The notes below the pieces were generated by a model. The model did no database searches. It had not been told where the DNA came from and worked only from the letters and a program-made list of their open reading frames with translations. The position numbers and the translations under genes were made by a program. This document shows, piece after piece, positions 52,170 through 61,513 of a stretch of DNA of 64,000 nucleotides. The first letter of the stretch is position 1. The number at the start of each line of letters is the position of its first letter. The DNA comes from a virus. Taxonomy: Duplodnaviria > Caudoviricetes. The stretch covers positions 4,086-68,085 of the IMG/VR virus record IMGVR_UViG_3300032030_000073; one strand, 5' to 3'.

Positions 52170-53594
52170 CTACACCTCCTCCGTCAAGTCCCGCACGAAG
52201 TACATCGTGTCCGTCACGTTGTCCACGCACGCGCACTGCGCCGCCTCGTCGTGCGTCGTCACCGCGTCCGCGCTCTCGTTCAAGTCAAGCACCAGCCCCT
52301 CGTCTGGCGACCCGTCAGCGCGCCTGAAGAACATGTGCAAGGCACCGTCGTGCTGCTGGAGGATGCACGAGGACGGGTTCTTCGCCTGCCACTGGTCCTT
52401 CGTGAATATCTTCTCCGTAACGTTCACGCACACCGTGCCCGAGTTCGCGTCGTTCACAATGGCCATCAGCCCCTCGTTCGACGCGTAGTACACCGAGTTG
52501 CGGTACACGCACACGCCGCGCGGGGAGACGCACGCGGCAGGCCCCGCGAGCTTCGCGGCGGTCATGCTCTCGGGCGCCGTGCCCGAAAGCACCCACGGCC
52601 AGCCGTCCGTCAGCGCAAACACCGTGTTGCTCGTCACGGCGAGCGCGACGATCGTGTCCTTGACGTCGTAGCGGTACGCGACGGGCCAGCTCGTCACGAG
52701 ATTGATGTCGCTGAACATGACCGTCTTGGGCGCGCTTGCGGAGAAGCCCGTGTAGAACCCGCCGGGGACGAACTGGAGACAGCGGAGGTCTGACGGGATC
52801 GGCTCGATCCCCGGCTCCGTCTCGCCCGTGTCCTCTGGGTAGACGGCGTGGCTGGTCTGCCCCTGGTCGAGGTCTGACACCTTGCAGTCGAACAGGAACT
52901 GGATGCCGTCGTTGGAGTCCTCCGTGCCGCTCATCGTCATGTAGACCCTAACTCCGTCCGCGTCTGGCGGGATGCCGTCGAACGCGAACTCCACCACCGA
53001 GCCCGTGTTTATCTCGATTATCTCGGTCGATCCGGTCAGCCCGCTCTCGTACCCGAACTCGTCGTACCACGACGCGAAGAAAGCGACGTAGAACACCGTC
53101 TTGGCGTCGTCGAACGCGGGATCGCCAGTGTCGGCGGCGGAGAACGTGGTGATGGGCGACTTGACGAGCGTGTGGCGGATGACGTTGTTTCCGCTCCGCT
53201 CGTGGATGAACACGGCCGGCGTGTTCTCCGTCACGGTCGTGCCGTCATCGTAGGACACGCCCGTGTCGCCCGTGATGAAGACGCGGTCGTACTCGTCGTC
53301 CGCGATGTTGCCCTCAGCCATCCACGTCATGCCCTTGAACGCGAGGAACGAGACGACCGTCCTGCCCGTGTTGTCGAGCCACTTCCACGCGTGGAGGCTC
53401 GTCGCGTCTGAGAGCTTCGTCAGCCCGCCCTCCTTGTAGACGCGGCTGTTCGACACTACTGACGGGTTGCGGAGCGGCACGAGCTTCCCGCTCTTGAGGC
53501 GGCAGTTGTGCGCGCGCACCGCCATCCCCGCGCTGAGAAGCGAGGGGTGGAGCCTTGGCTGCATGCCGTGGAAGTTGTCTATCTTCAACGTCAT
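52170..53594 (-). CDS. Tail nozzle / stabilisation protein (tail tubular protein B-like), lacking its C-terminal part
   Basis: IDNFHGMQPRLHP.LL...A.N..L.SGKLVP start; beta-propeller-like MFSD...SWPVAY, GPAACVS, YYASNEGL. Confidence 0.75.
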   Translation of the reverse strand: MTLKIDNFHGMQPRLHPSLLSAGMAVRAHNCRLKSGKLVPLRNPSVVSNSRVYKEGGLTKLSDATSLHAWKWLDNTGRTVVSFLAFKGMTWMAEGNIADDEYDRVFITGDTGVSYDDGTTVTENTPAVFIHERSGNNVIRHTLVKSPITTFSAADTGDPAFDDAKTVFYVAFFASWYDEFGYESGLTGSTEIIEINTGSVVEFAFDGIPPDADGVRVYMTMSGTEDSNDGIQFLFDCKVSDLDQGQTSHAVYPEDTGETEPGIEPIPSDLRCLQFVPGGFYTGFSASAPKTVMFSDINLVTSWPVAYRYDVKDTIVALAVTSNTVFALTDGWPWVLSGTAPESMTAAKLAGPAACVSPRGVCVYRNSVYYASNEGLMAIVNDANSGTVCVNVTEKIFTKDQWQAKNPSSCILQQHDGALHMFFRRADGSPDEGLVLDLNESADAVTTHDEAAQCACVDNVTDTMYFVRDLTEEV

Positions 53595-53929
53595 AGCTGC
53601 ATCAGCGCCTCCGCGCGGGTTCTCAAAGCCGTCACGAGCTGCATGTTCACGGTGTCGCTCATGTCCTGCTCGTAGATGAGCGACGCGACGTACTTCACCA
53701 CGGCGTCCTCGTGCTTGGGTTCGATGCGGACGTCCGTCTCCGCCTCGGGCTCGGGGATCGCGCTGTCGAGGAGCCCGTTCGGTCCGTACTCCTCCGACCT
53801 GTTGACGTTGCGGAGGTGGCGCACCGCATTGACCGCGAAGCGGAAGATGTCGACCTGCGTGAAACGGTACGGCTCCTGCGTGTCGTTCACGAGGAGCCTT
53901 GCCTCTCTCTCTATGTCTGCGTATGTCAT
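53591..53929 (-). CDS. Adaptor-like virion protein (DUF6682-like)
   Basis: EARLLVNDTQEPYRFTQVDIFRFAVNAVRHL...ALIYEQD pattern. Confidence 0.6.
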   Translation of the reverse strand: MTYADIEREARLLVNDTQEPYRFTQVDIFRFAVNAVRHLRNVNRSEEYGPNGLLDSAIPEPEAETDVRIEPKHEDAVVKYVASLIYEQDMSDTVNMQLVTALRTRAEALMQL

Positions 53930-54351
53930 GCCGCGCCTCCTTCCTTCGCGGGGGCGTTGGCCTTGGCGAGCGCCGCCGCGTTGTCGAGCTCCGTCTGCGC
54001 GGTGCGGATTTCTCCCGCGAGAAGGTCGATGTCAGCCGGGCGCACGTTCAGCCCGTTCGTGCCAGGCGCGTAGATCACGGCCGGCTCCTGCGCCACCACG
54101 TCGCGGAGGGACGAGACGGCGAGGTTGAAGAGCGCGTCGTCCGACGCGGCGGCGAAGAGCGACTGGAGCATCTGCCCCAGCCCAGGCGGCAGCACGTTCA
54201 TGAAGAACGCCTCCGCCATCGCGGGGTTCTTCTCCGCCATCACCACCGCCGTCGCGTGGCCCGCCTTCGCGAGCGAGAACGCCGGAATGTGCGGCACGAC
54301 ATTCTTGCCGTACCACCTCGCCACGCCTTTAACTATCGCCGTCTTCGTCAT
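53926..54351 (-). CDS. Hypothetical protein
   Basis: 141 aa, ATGA coupling. Confidence 0.65.
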   Translation of the reverse strand: MTKTAIVKGVARWYGKNVVPHIPAFSLAKAGHATAVVMAEKNPAMAEAFFMNVLPPGLGQMLQSLFAAASDDALFNLAVSSLRDVVAQEPAVIYAPGTNGLNVRPADIDLLAGEIRTAQTELDNAAALAKANAPAKEGGAA

Positions 54352-54375
54352 TGTAGAATCCTTTTACTTGTATTG

Positions 54376-54753
54376 TCAGGCCGTCTTTTGCCACACGAAA
54401 AGGAAGTCCCAGAGGTCGTCAATCGCGTCGACATACGCGTCAAGGAGCGCAAACCTCTTAGTGTCCGTGAGTCTCTTTAGTGCGGCGAAGTAGTCGCTGT
54501 CCTTACCAGGGCCATTGAGCCCGAGAGCAACATGCACGATTACGCTTTCGCAAGGCTTGCCGTCGAAGTTGCCTTTAGTCTTGAGGACGCTGTAGCAGTA
54601 CATGTTGTCCTTGTCGGTCGACTTGGACTTGACCATCGTTTTGATCTCTTTTGAAAGCGCAGACTTCTCGGAGCGCACCGCACTCTCGATGTCGTCAAAC
54701 TTCTTGATGAGGTAGCTCGGATCGCCGAACACGCCAATGTCTTTTCTGCTCAT
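54376..54753 (-). CDS. Hypothetical protein, lower GC
   Basis: 125 aa from ATG 54753 after AAAGG RBS. Confidence 0.65.
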   Translation of the reverse strand: MSRKDIGVFGDPSYLIKKFDDIESAVRSEKSALSKEIKTMVKSKSTDKDNMYCYSVLKTKGNFDGKPCESVIVHVALGLNGPGKDSDYFAALKRLTDTKRFALLDAYVDAIDDLWDFLFVWQKTA

Positions 54754-54818
54754 TTGTCTTTTCCTTTCGCACCGGCGCACCCGTGAAGGGCGCGCCGGCA
54801 GGTTGGGAGTTCAGTGGT

Positions 54819-55316
54819 CTACTCGACAATCACCCAGTCGTCGGAGAGCATGTCGGTCTGCGACGCAAGCCAGCCCATGACGATTGTGCCGTCCGCGGCC
54901 TTCATCGTGACGTAGGGCACGACCTTGACCGTTCCGCCGTTCTGCTCGGCGTACTCGGCGTTCGGCTTGCCCCAGATACCGTCAGCTGGAATCTCCTTGG
55001 GGCCGTCGCAGAGCGGGACGCAGAGCCACATACCCTTGCCGTTCCAGCCGCGACGGGCGACCTTCTTGCCGCGCTTCATGGCTTCAATGGCTTCGCCGAA
55101 GGTCATGCCGTCAACTGGGCGGCTGACTGCTTCAAACTCGGCCTTGGGGCACCACGAGACATACTCGTTCGGCTCGCCCTTGCGGTAGGTAATGACGTAG
55201 CCATCATCGGCAGGATCGCGCTCAATATTTGCACCGCCCGACTTCGGGAACTTCTCCTTGAACTCGCCGAACGCCATTGGCTCGGCCTCAACATGATTCA
55301 GTCTGATGTACTGCAT
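54819..55316 (-). CDS. DUF2829 / Tad2-like protein with an extra N-terminal domain
   Basis: MTFGEAIEAMKRGKKVARRGWNGKGMWL...PYVTMK...GWLASQTDMLSDDW; N-domain EAEPM...GY...YVSWCPK..FE. Confidence 0.82.
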   Translation of the reverse strand: MQYIRLNHVEAEPMAFGEFKEKFPKSGGANIERDPADDGYVITYRKGEPNEYVSWCPKAEFEAVSRPVDGMTFGEAIEAMKRGKKVARRGWNGKGMWLCVPLCDGPKEIPADGIWGKPNAEYAEQNGGTVKVVPYVTMKAADGTIVMGWLASQTDMLSDDWVIVE

Positions 55317-55428
55317 TGTTTTACCTTTCTTGCTTGTTTTGCCCAAGAGCGTCTTGGAATCGTCAGGGTCAAGCCCGCGCCAAGCGGAACGGGTTTGGCC
55401 CTGACGTGCGCCAACGCGCCCTGCGGGC

Positions 55429-56085
55429 TTACGAGCCGGAGCCGGCAGCCTTTGCGGTCTGCGCCGCCTGAATCTGGTTGAACACGGCCTGCGACGGCGC
55501 GAACGTCTGCGGCGTGATGTACGTGCCGAGCATCGAGTTCAGCGTCGCCTTCATGTTCGCGTTCTCCTGCTTGAGGGCCGCGATTTCGGCCGCCGCCGTG
55601 TTGTCAATGAGCTCCTGGCGCTGACGCCACTCCACGAGGGTCTTGATGACCGAATCCGTCTTGTTGTCGGTGTAGATCTGCGCCTTGAGCTGGCCGTTCT
55701 CCGCCGCGAGGGTGTTGTTCTTCTCGACGAGGCCAAGTTCGCGTTGCGTCACGAAGTCGCAGCCGGGACCGCCGGGACCGCCACCGAAGCCGGGGCCGCC
55801 AAACGCGCCGCGCAGAAGCGGAGCGCCGAGCGCCACCGCGCCGAGGACCGTGCCCACGACGCCGAGCGCGTTGCCGCCGCGTCCGATGTTGATGTTGCCG
55901 CCAAAGCCGCGGAATGCGTCTGCAAGCCCGCCGCCGTTGTAGCCGTAGCCGCCGTATGCCGGGACCATCGGCACCGCGCCGTACGCGGGATAGCCGTAGC
56001 CGCCCCAGCCGGGACCGCCCCAGCCGTTGTTGTTCGGGTACTGGTTGATCGTAGTCGATCCCTCAGTCTTTGTCACTTCATCCAT
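55429..56085 (-). CDS. Gly-rich protein with a hydrophobic segment and coiled coil
   Basis: 218 aa, GNALGVVGTVLGAVALG, CDFVTQRELGL...LKAQIYTD. Confidence 0.7.
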   Translation of the reverse strand: MDEVTKTEGSTTINQYPNNNGWGGPGWGGYGYPAYGAVPMVPAYGGYGYNGGGLADAFRGFGGNINIGRGGNALGVVGTVLGAVALGAPLLRGAFGGPGFGGGPGGPGCDFVTQRELGLVEKNNTLAAENGQLKAQIYTDNKTDSVIKTLVEWRQRQELIDNTAAAEIAALKQENANMKATLNSMLGTYITPQTFAPSQAVFNQIQAAQTAKAAGSGS

Positions 56086-56149
56086 TTGGTTTTCCTTTCT
56101 GAATTTGTTCGTGTTCAATCCCGCCCGCACCGTGCGGACGGGAAATCGT

Positions 56150-56602
56150 TCAGCCGCGCATGAGGCCGGAGAGGGTCGTGACCTCCTCCTTGACATCTTT
56201 CTCGGCGTCTTCCTCGTTGCAGGCCCAGCAGAAGTCGCTCGCGGCCATGATTGCCTCGGCGGCTTGCGTGTAGGACTTGTTCTTCATGATCCACGCAAGC
56301 GCCTTGACCGCGCCCTCGCGCGTCTCGACAGTCTCGCCCGTGATCGTCTTGAAGGTCTCCACGGCCTTGTCGTGCTTCTCCTTGTACTTCTTCATCTTGG
56401 CGCGGTACTCCAGCTTCTCGCGGACGCCCTCGCCGCCCTGCATGGAGTCGCCCTCCATGCCGCCCTGCATCATGCGGGACGAGCGCATCGCGGAGCCGCC
56501 CTGAATGAAACGCGGCATCGAGCCGTTGCCGTAGTCGCCGGACGAGCCGTTGCCCATCCCGCCCTGCATCTGCATCGAACCGTTGTTCTGTTCGTTTGCC
56601 AT
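56150..56602 (-). CDS. Met/Gly-rich N-terminus plus helical domain, hypothetical
   Basis: 150 aa from ATG 56602 after AAAGGA RBS. Confidence 0.65.
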   Translation of the reverse strand: MANEQNNGSMQMQGGMGNGSSGDYGNGSMPRFIQGGSAMRSSRMMQGGMEGDSMQGGEGVREKLEYRAKMKKYKEKHDKAVETFKTITGETVETREGAVKALAWIMKNKSYTQAAEAIMAASDFCWACNEEDAEKDVKEEVTTLSGLMRG

Positions 56603-56630
56603 TTCAGTTTTCCTTTCCTTGCCGCCTCCC

Positions 56631-56674
56631 CCGCGAGAGGGGCGAGCCGTTTTAATGGTTTGCCCCTCTCGCGG
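56631..56674. other. 18-bp intergenic hairpin
   Basis: CCGCGAGAGGGGCGAGCC / GGTTTGCCCCTCTCGCGG with G-U pairs. Confidence 0.7.
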
Positions 56675-56687
56675 CGGGGCGAAAGCG

Positions 56688-57182
56688 TCATTCCTGCGGA
56701 ATCTGCGCGAGGAACGCGTCAATCTCCTCGCGCGTCTTGCCGAGGGCTTGCGCGGCCCCGTCGAGGAGCGCGGCCCAGCGCGTGGCGTCGGGGTAGCCCT
56801 CCTCGATGTAGTCGCAGTCGGTTAATGCCTCCCACGCGGTGTAGCCCTGCGCAATCTCGGTTGCGGAGAGGAACTGCCGCGCAGCGGCGAGCATCCCCGC
56901 CTGCGCCAATGCCGTCTTTATGGAGAGGCGCGTCCACCTGCGCGGAGGCGGCGGCGGGTATTCGCGCACCTCGTACTGGCGGACGATCTCGCCGCCAATC
57001 TCCGCCCATCCAGTCGGCACGGCGTAGTGCGCGGCGTCGGTCTGCGGCGGCTCGTCCACGACGCGCTTGTAGCCAGCGGTCTCGTACTGCGCGGGCGTGG
57101 GGTGGCACACGACCGCCCCGCCGATGCGGATTGCGCGCGGCGCGGGGTGAAGTGTTCCGTTTTCAAGAGTTCCGTATTTCAT
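56688..57182 (-). CDS. Tail-associated hypothetical protein (possible fibre chaperone)
   Basis: 164 aa directly after the fibre genes. Confidence 0.6.
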   Translation of the reverse strand: MKYGTLENGTLHPAPRAIRIGGAVVCHPTPAQYETAGYKRVVDEPPQTDAAHYAVPTGWAEIGGEIVRQYEVREYPPPPPRRWTRLSIKTALAQAGMLAAARQFLSATEIAQGYTAWEALTDCDYIEEGYPDATRWAALLDGAAQALGKTREEIDAFLAQIPQE

Positions 57183-57919
57183 GTCAGGTTGAACCTCGCT
57201 TTGTCGATTGCGTAGTTGGCGGCAACTTCATCCGTAGTCAAACATTTGTTGTATATCCGCATACACCCGAATGACATCTGCGCCCCGACGTAATTCGTTC
57301 CTAGTATGGACACATTCGCGTCAGTCCGCGCACCTGTGTAATTCCAGGTGGCTGTAACCTCGACACCGTTGTAGTATATTTCGGCAGAGTTCCATGCAAG
57401 CGGACGACATGACGTTGCCGCCATGCGTGAAAGCATATCGCCCGGCCCCTGCTTCGAGATTGAATACAGTCTCCCAGAATAAAAAGTTCCAGCAACAGTA
57501 CCTTGCTGATAATTGTTGGACACTCGGATTCCGTTTCTGTATGCGTAGGCAATGGCTGCATTCGCCCACGCCCCGGTGTTAGGCAGAGACGCGACGCATT
57601 CCGTAGTGATTGCGTCCCCTGCTTCTGGCAACGGAGACACGTCGGTCGCAATGCCGCCGTACTCATAAGATTCAATCGTGCTTCCAGTAGCGCCCGATTG
57701 CGACGTGTAGGAAACGGAATTTGCCCCAATTATTGCCGATTCAGACAAGACGATTGGCGCACCTCCGCAAAGATTGACAAGTCTAGGCCTGCCGTCATGC
57801 ACGCCCGGCCCGGCGTTCCACTCCGCGTCCCACATGGCTATGAGGCCGTCGGTGACGTATGGATTCTGCCACCCGCCTCCGCCTCGCTTCTCGAAGAACT
57901 GTCTCGCGCCGAGGAGCAT
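57179..57919 (-). CDS. ConA/LamG-like lectin-fold protein, candidate receptor-binding protein
   Basis: 246 aa from ATG 57919; NPYVTDGLIAMWDAEWNAG...MRIYNKCLTTDEVAANYAIDKARF. Confidence 0.7.
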   Translation of the reverse strand: MLLGARQFFEKRGGGGWQNPYVTDGLIAMWDAEWNAGPGVHDGRPRLVNLCGGAPIVLSESAIIGANSVSYTSQSGATGSTIESYEYGGIATDVSPLPEAGDAITTECVASLPNTGAWANAAIAYAYRNGIRVSNNYQQGTVAGTFYSGRLYSISKQGPGDMLSRMAATSCRPLAWNSAEIYYNGVEVTATWNYTGARTDANVSILGTNYVGAQMSFGCMRIYNKCLTTDEVAANYAIDKARFNLT

Positions 57920-60450
57920 CACGCACCTCCCTGCGCTACTTCGTTGACCTTCTTCAGCGACACCGCGAACGTGTGCGCGACACAACTCTCCGTGAACGAG
58001 TACACCCAATTCCCAACCTCATCGGGCACGGGAAAATCGTCGCCGTCCGTCTCGTAGGTGATTGTCTCGCCCGTGGGCGCGGCGAACGTGATGGTCGGCA
58101 CCGCGGAGCCGCTAATCTCCAGCCGCACGAGGAAGTCGCGGAGGTAGCCGGGGACGGCGGCGGGTAGCGTGAGCGTCGTGTCGCCCGTCACCTCCACGCG
58201 GTTGCCAGAGCGATCGAGGAGGTGGCCGGGGAGAGAGGCGCGCGTCGCGGTGAAACTATCGCCACCGTGTGAAAAAGTGATTTCCAACGTCGCAAGCGCC
58301 AGAGCTTCCGTCTCGTAATTCTGCGAATAGTATGTAACACCATTGTAAGACGATTGATAAATCCAACCAATAGACTCGTCATCTGGACCATAAAGTTCTC
58401 TAGGCCCAGTTATTTCATGGCTTAAACCGTCGCTGAACTCCCACTTGCCCGGCTCCACCAGACGGTAGGGGAGGTCGGTCGCGTTCGCCTTCTGCGCAAG
58501 CGCGGCGTCCCTTGCCGAAAGGGCGACGTACAGGCACTTCGCTGACGGGTACTGCGCGTCCGTCGACTGACCCGTGACGGACGTGACCTTGTTCTCAAGA
58601 CGCTCAAGCAAGTACCTGCACTCGCGGGAGACGTACTCGGAGCCGGTCATCATGAAAGAATACCACCCGCTTTTCGCACGAAGCGTGAACGCATGCCCCT
58701 CAAACTCGAAAGACGCGGAGAAGCTCCCCGTGAACGGGTCGCTGTGATCAAATGATCCGACGGGGCCGTTGCTGTACACAACAGACGCGACACCCCCGGA
58801 ATGCGCCTCCACGCCGATGTAATACTCGGCGTTCCCGCCGGACGCAAGGGCGATTCGCATGGAAAACCCCTCGACGACCGCGAACTCCCCGTCGCCGACA
58901 ACTGAATACTGAGCGGGAAGGAGCAGCGCCGCGCCGCTCCCGTTAATGGAGAATTCGATGTCCGCGACGAGTCCGATGTCCTGCTGGGGCACGCCGTCCA
59001 GCGACCACTCGACCGTCTTGAGGACGTAGACGTTCCCGCCGGCGTCGGAGGCGAAATTGTCAAAGACGAAACGGCCATCACCCAGCGAAGACACGTTCGG
59101 GATCATGAAATCCGCCCCTCCGGCCAACGTCGAAGTCGAGGAGGCCTTCGACCTGAGCGCACCGCCAACCGCCTTCGCGTCCGCCGCCGCGCCCTGCACC
59201 GCGAGGGTAGCGTCCACGGCAACGAGCCCCTTGCCAGCCTCCTTCTGCACGAAACGCCCGTCAGCCGCCGTCTTGTCGTAGTAGTTCGCCGGGTTGAAGA
59301 TGTCCGTCAGCGGAATCTCGATGTCCTCCACGCCAGCGTCCGTGTTGAACGAAATCACCAAATTCCCGCCAGTAATCTCCACTGAATCTACCATGCCGTC
59401 CTTGATGAACGCGGTCGCATCGATACTCGCAACAACGGTAGAATCATGCTTCAGCTGGATTTCCTTCGCGGTAGAATCGTACCCTGCGGCGTTCACGTAT
59501 GCGTCAAGGCTCTGATGCGCCTGCACCGCCGTATCGGCCTTGCCGAGGCTGTCCTTCACGGCTTGCGCGAGGTCGCTCTTCGGTATGCCGCCCTGCGGCT
59601 TGTCGTATTTCGCTGTCCACGCCGTCTTCTGCGTCGCCGTGACGTGAATGCCAGCGTTGCCGGTATGCTCCGTCACGGCGTCCGAGACTTCCTTCACCGC
59701 GCCGTACACGCCTCCGCTCTTCACGGGGTTATCGCTTTCCTCCGTCGGAATGTCGTCGAACGTCAGCATGTTCTGCTTCGTCGCGCCCATCGCGGCGATT
59801 GCCGTGTTCATCTCATCGCGCGACACCTCGCCGTCGTAGACAGTTACCTCCTTGGGCGTTTCAAGCGTGCCGTCGTTCAGCGTGATCTTGGCGCCACCGT
59901 CTACGCGCTCCGCGTCCAGCGCGAGATTGTCCATCCTCGACGTCCACGCCGCCACCTGCTCCGCCCACTCGTCTATCCGCTTCGGCCACTTGTCCAAATC
60001 GTACGGCACCGTGTCGCCGATGCGCTCCGGCCAATACTCCACCTCGTAGCGGTCGCGGAAGTAGAGCGTCCTCGGGTCGTCCGTGTCGCCCAGTACAAAC
60101 ATCACGGGCACGCGAAGCATGTGCCGCGCGGCGTCCACCATGCGCGTGGTGTTGAGATTCAGTTCGCAGTAGAGGTCGTTCGAGTCATCCGTCGCGGGAG
60201 CCCACGCGTCAGCCGACGTGACATCATCCGGCCAATCCTCGCTGTTGTCCTCCGTCCAGTACGGGAACACCGCCAGCGTCCGCCCCGTCACGAGGTCCAG
60301 CACGCGGAGCGAGAGGTTCGCGCCCGCGTCGTCGCCAAGCCATTCCGCGCCGCCCTTTATCGTGACGGCGACGTGCTCGCCGGCCGCGACGGCTCCCTTG
60401 AACCGCGCGGTCTTGTCCGCAACCTTCGGCGTTATCGTCAGTTCCGTCAT
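57919..60450 (-). CDS. Tail fibre / spike protein
   Basis: 843 aa; fibre-shaft motifs DDIPTEESDNPVKSGGVY, GIPKSDLA..V..SLGKAD.A.Q, DATLAVQGAAADAKAVG, TDAQYPSAK. Confidence 0.78.
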   Translation of the reverse strand: MTELTITPKVADKTARFKGAVAAGEHVAVTIKGGAEWLGDDAGANLSLRVLDLVTGRTLAVFPYWTEDNSEDWPDDVTSADAWAPATDDSNDLYCELNLNTTRMVDAARHMLRVPVMFVLGDTDDPRTLYFRDRYEVEYWPERIGDTVPYDLDKWPKRIDEWAEQVAAWTSRMDNLALDAERVDGGAKITLNDGTLETPKEVTVYDGEVSRDEMNTAIAAMGATKQNMLTFDDIPTEESDNPVKSGGVYGAVKEVSDAVTEHTGNAGIHVTATQKTAWTAKYDKPQGGIPKSDLAQAVKDSLGKADTAVQAHQSLDAYVNAAGYDSTAKEIQLKHDSTVVASIDATAFIKDGMVDSVEITGGNLVISFNTDAGVEDIEIPLTDIFNPANYYDKTAADGRFVQKEAGKGLVAVDATLAVQGAAADAKAVGGALRSKASSTSTLAGGADFMIPNVSSLGDGRFVFDNFASDAGGNVYVLKTVEWSLDGVPQQDIGLVADIEFSINGSGAALLLPAQYSVVGDGEFAVVEGFSMRIALASGGNAEYYIGVEAHSGGVASVVYSNGPVGSFDHSDPFTGSFSASFEFEGHAFTLRAKSGWYSFMMTGSEYVSRECRYLLERLENKVTSVTGQSTDAQYPSAKCLYVALSARDAALAQKANATDLPYRLVEPGKWEFSDGLSHEITGPRELYGPDDESIGWIYQSSYNGVTYYSQNYETEALALATLEITFSHGGDSFTATRASLPGHLLDRSGNRVEVTGDTTLTLPAAVPGYLRDFLVRLEISGSAVPTITFAAPTGETITYETDGDDFPVPDEVGNWVYSFTESCVAHTFAVSLKKVNEVAQGGA

Positions 60451-60578
60451 CGTTCAATCCTCCTGAAAACCTCCCTGTTTCGGCCTCTCCGTGCGCGGGA
60501 GTCTCACGTCAATGAAGGCGGAGTGTCTCGCCCTGGGCCTGTACCGCGATAGTGCGACAGTTGAGCGCTATCCGGCAA

Positions 60579-61175
60579 TCATTTCGGCGTGCAGTCATCG
60601 CAGTCCGCGCCGCTAACGACCGTGCCGTCCTGGAACGTGCACGAGCCGCCCTTGCACTCCGCCGTGACGGTCGAGCCGTCCTTCTTCTGGAGTGTCACCG
60701 TGCCGGACTTCTTGTTGACGACGTAGTCCTTGAGCATGGCCAGCCCCTCGGCGGTCAGCGACCCCAGGATGCCGGCGGCGCCGGAAGCGCGCGCACCGCC
60801 TGTGCCACGGTTCGTGATGCCGCCGCCCTGCGCGTAGTTGAGGTTCACGTCGGGCTTGACGTCGGTGGTCTGCGTCGGCGTGGCCGTCTGCGTCTCGGTG
60901 CCGCTGTTCTCGATGCTCATGGCCTGCGTGGCGAGTTCGACGCGGGCGACCTCGTTGGTCTCCGTGCCGCTACCGTACACGTTGATGGTGCAGTCCTTGA
61001 TGGTCAGGTTCTGCGACCGGGACGGCGTGGAGGTGCCTTGGCACCCGCACAGCAGGGCCGACAGGCACAGGAAGGCCGCGATTGCCTTCGCGCACTTCCC
61101 GCACTTCTTGGCCACCTTCGCCTTGCCCTTGGCCACCTTCGCGGCCACCTTCTTCTTCACGTCCTTGGTCTTCAT
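60579..61175 (-). CDS. Lipoprotein (spanin-like candidate) with Lys-rich N-region
   Basis: 198 aa; AIAAFLCLSALLCG-C lipobox; C-terminal CKGGSC...CDDC. Confidence 0.65.
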   Translation of the reverse strand: MKTKDVKKKVAAKVAKGKAKVAKKCGKCAKAIAAFLCLSALLCGCQGTSTPSRSQNLTIKDCTINVYGSGTETNEVARVELATQAMSIENSGTETQTATPTQTTDVKPDVNLNYAQGGGITNRGTGGARASGAAGILGSLTAEGLAMLKDYVVNKKSGTVTLQKKDGSTVTAECKGGSCTFQDGTVVSGADCDDCTPK

Positions 61176-61513
61176 CACTTCACCGCCTTCCATGCGTCGA
61201 TGCACGTGTTGACGGCCTCGATGTTTGCGTTCAGTTCCGCGCTCGACAGTTCGCCGTCCTCGATGGACAGGGCGAGGTCCTTCAGCGCATCAACGGTTTT
61301 GTTCGCCGCGTCGCGATACTTCTCGTCCACGAACACGCCAACGGCCGCCGACACGACAGCGGCCACGTTGACCGCAATCTGCGACGCCCTCTTCAACTTG
61401 TCGCCATTCAGTTTCTGGAGTGCCGCGTTTACGAACCCCAGAACATACTTCATGAGGCCAGTCCACCCGTCTGTGACGAGTGCCCACATTGCCTTGATGT
61501 TGCTCCATTTCAT
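61175..61513 (-). CDS. Holin-like or membrane-associated small protein
   Basis: 112 aa, amphipathic/hydrophobic helices, coupled to the lipoprotein gene. Confidence 0.5.
   Translation of the reverse strand: MKWSNIKAMWALVTDGWTGLMKYVLGFVNAALQKLNGDKLKRASQIAVNVAAVVSAAVGVFVDEKYRDAANKTVDALKDLALSIEDGELSSAELNANIEAVNTCIDAWKAVK

Noticed and set aside
52170-52172. Amber read-through or stop-codon reassignment joining nozzle and stalk
   Set aside because: The next ORF is in a different frame with its own strong RBS; TAG also ends other coupled genes normally (e.g. 14924, 15897)
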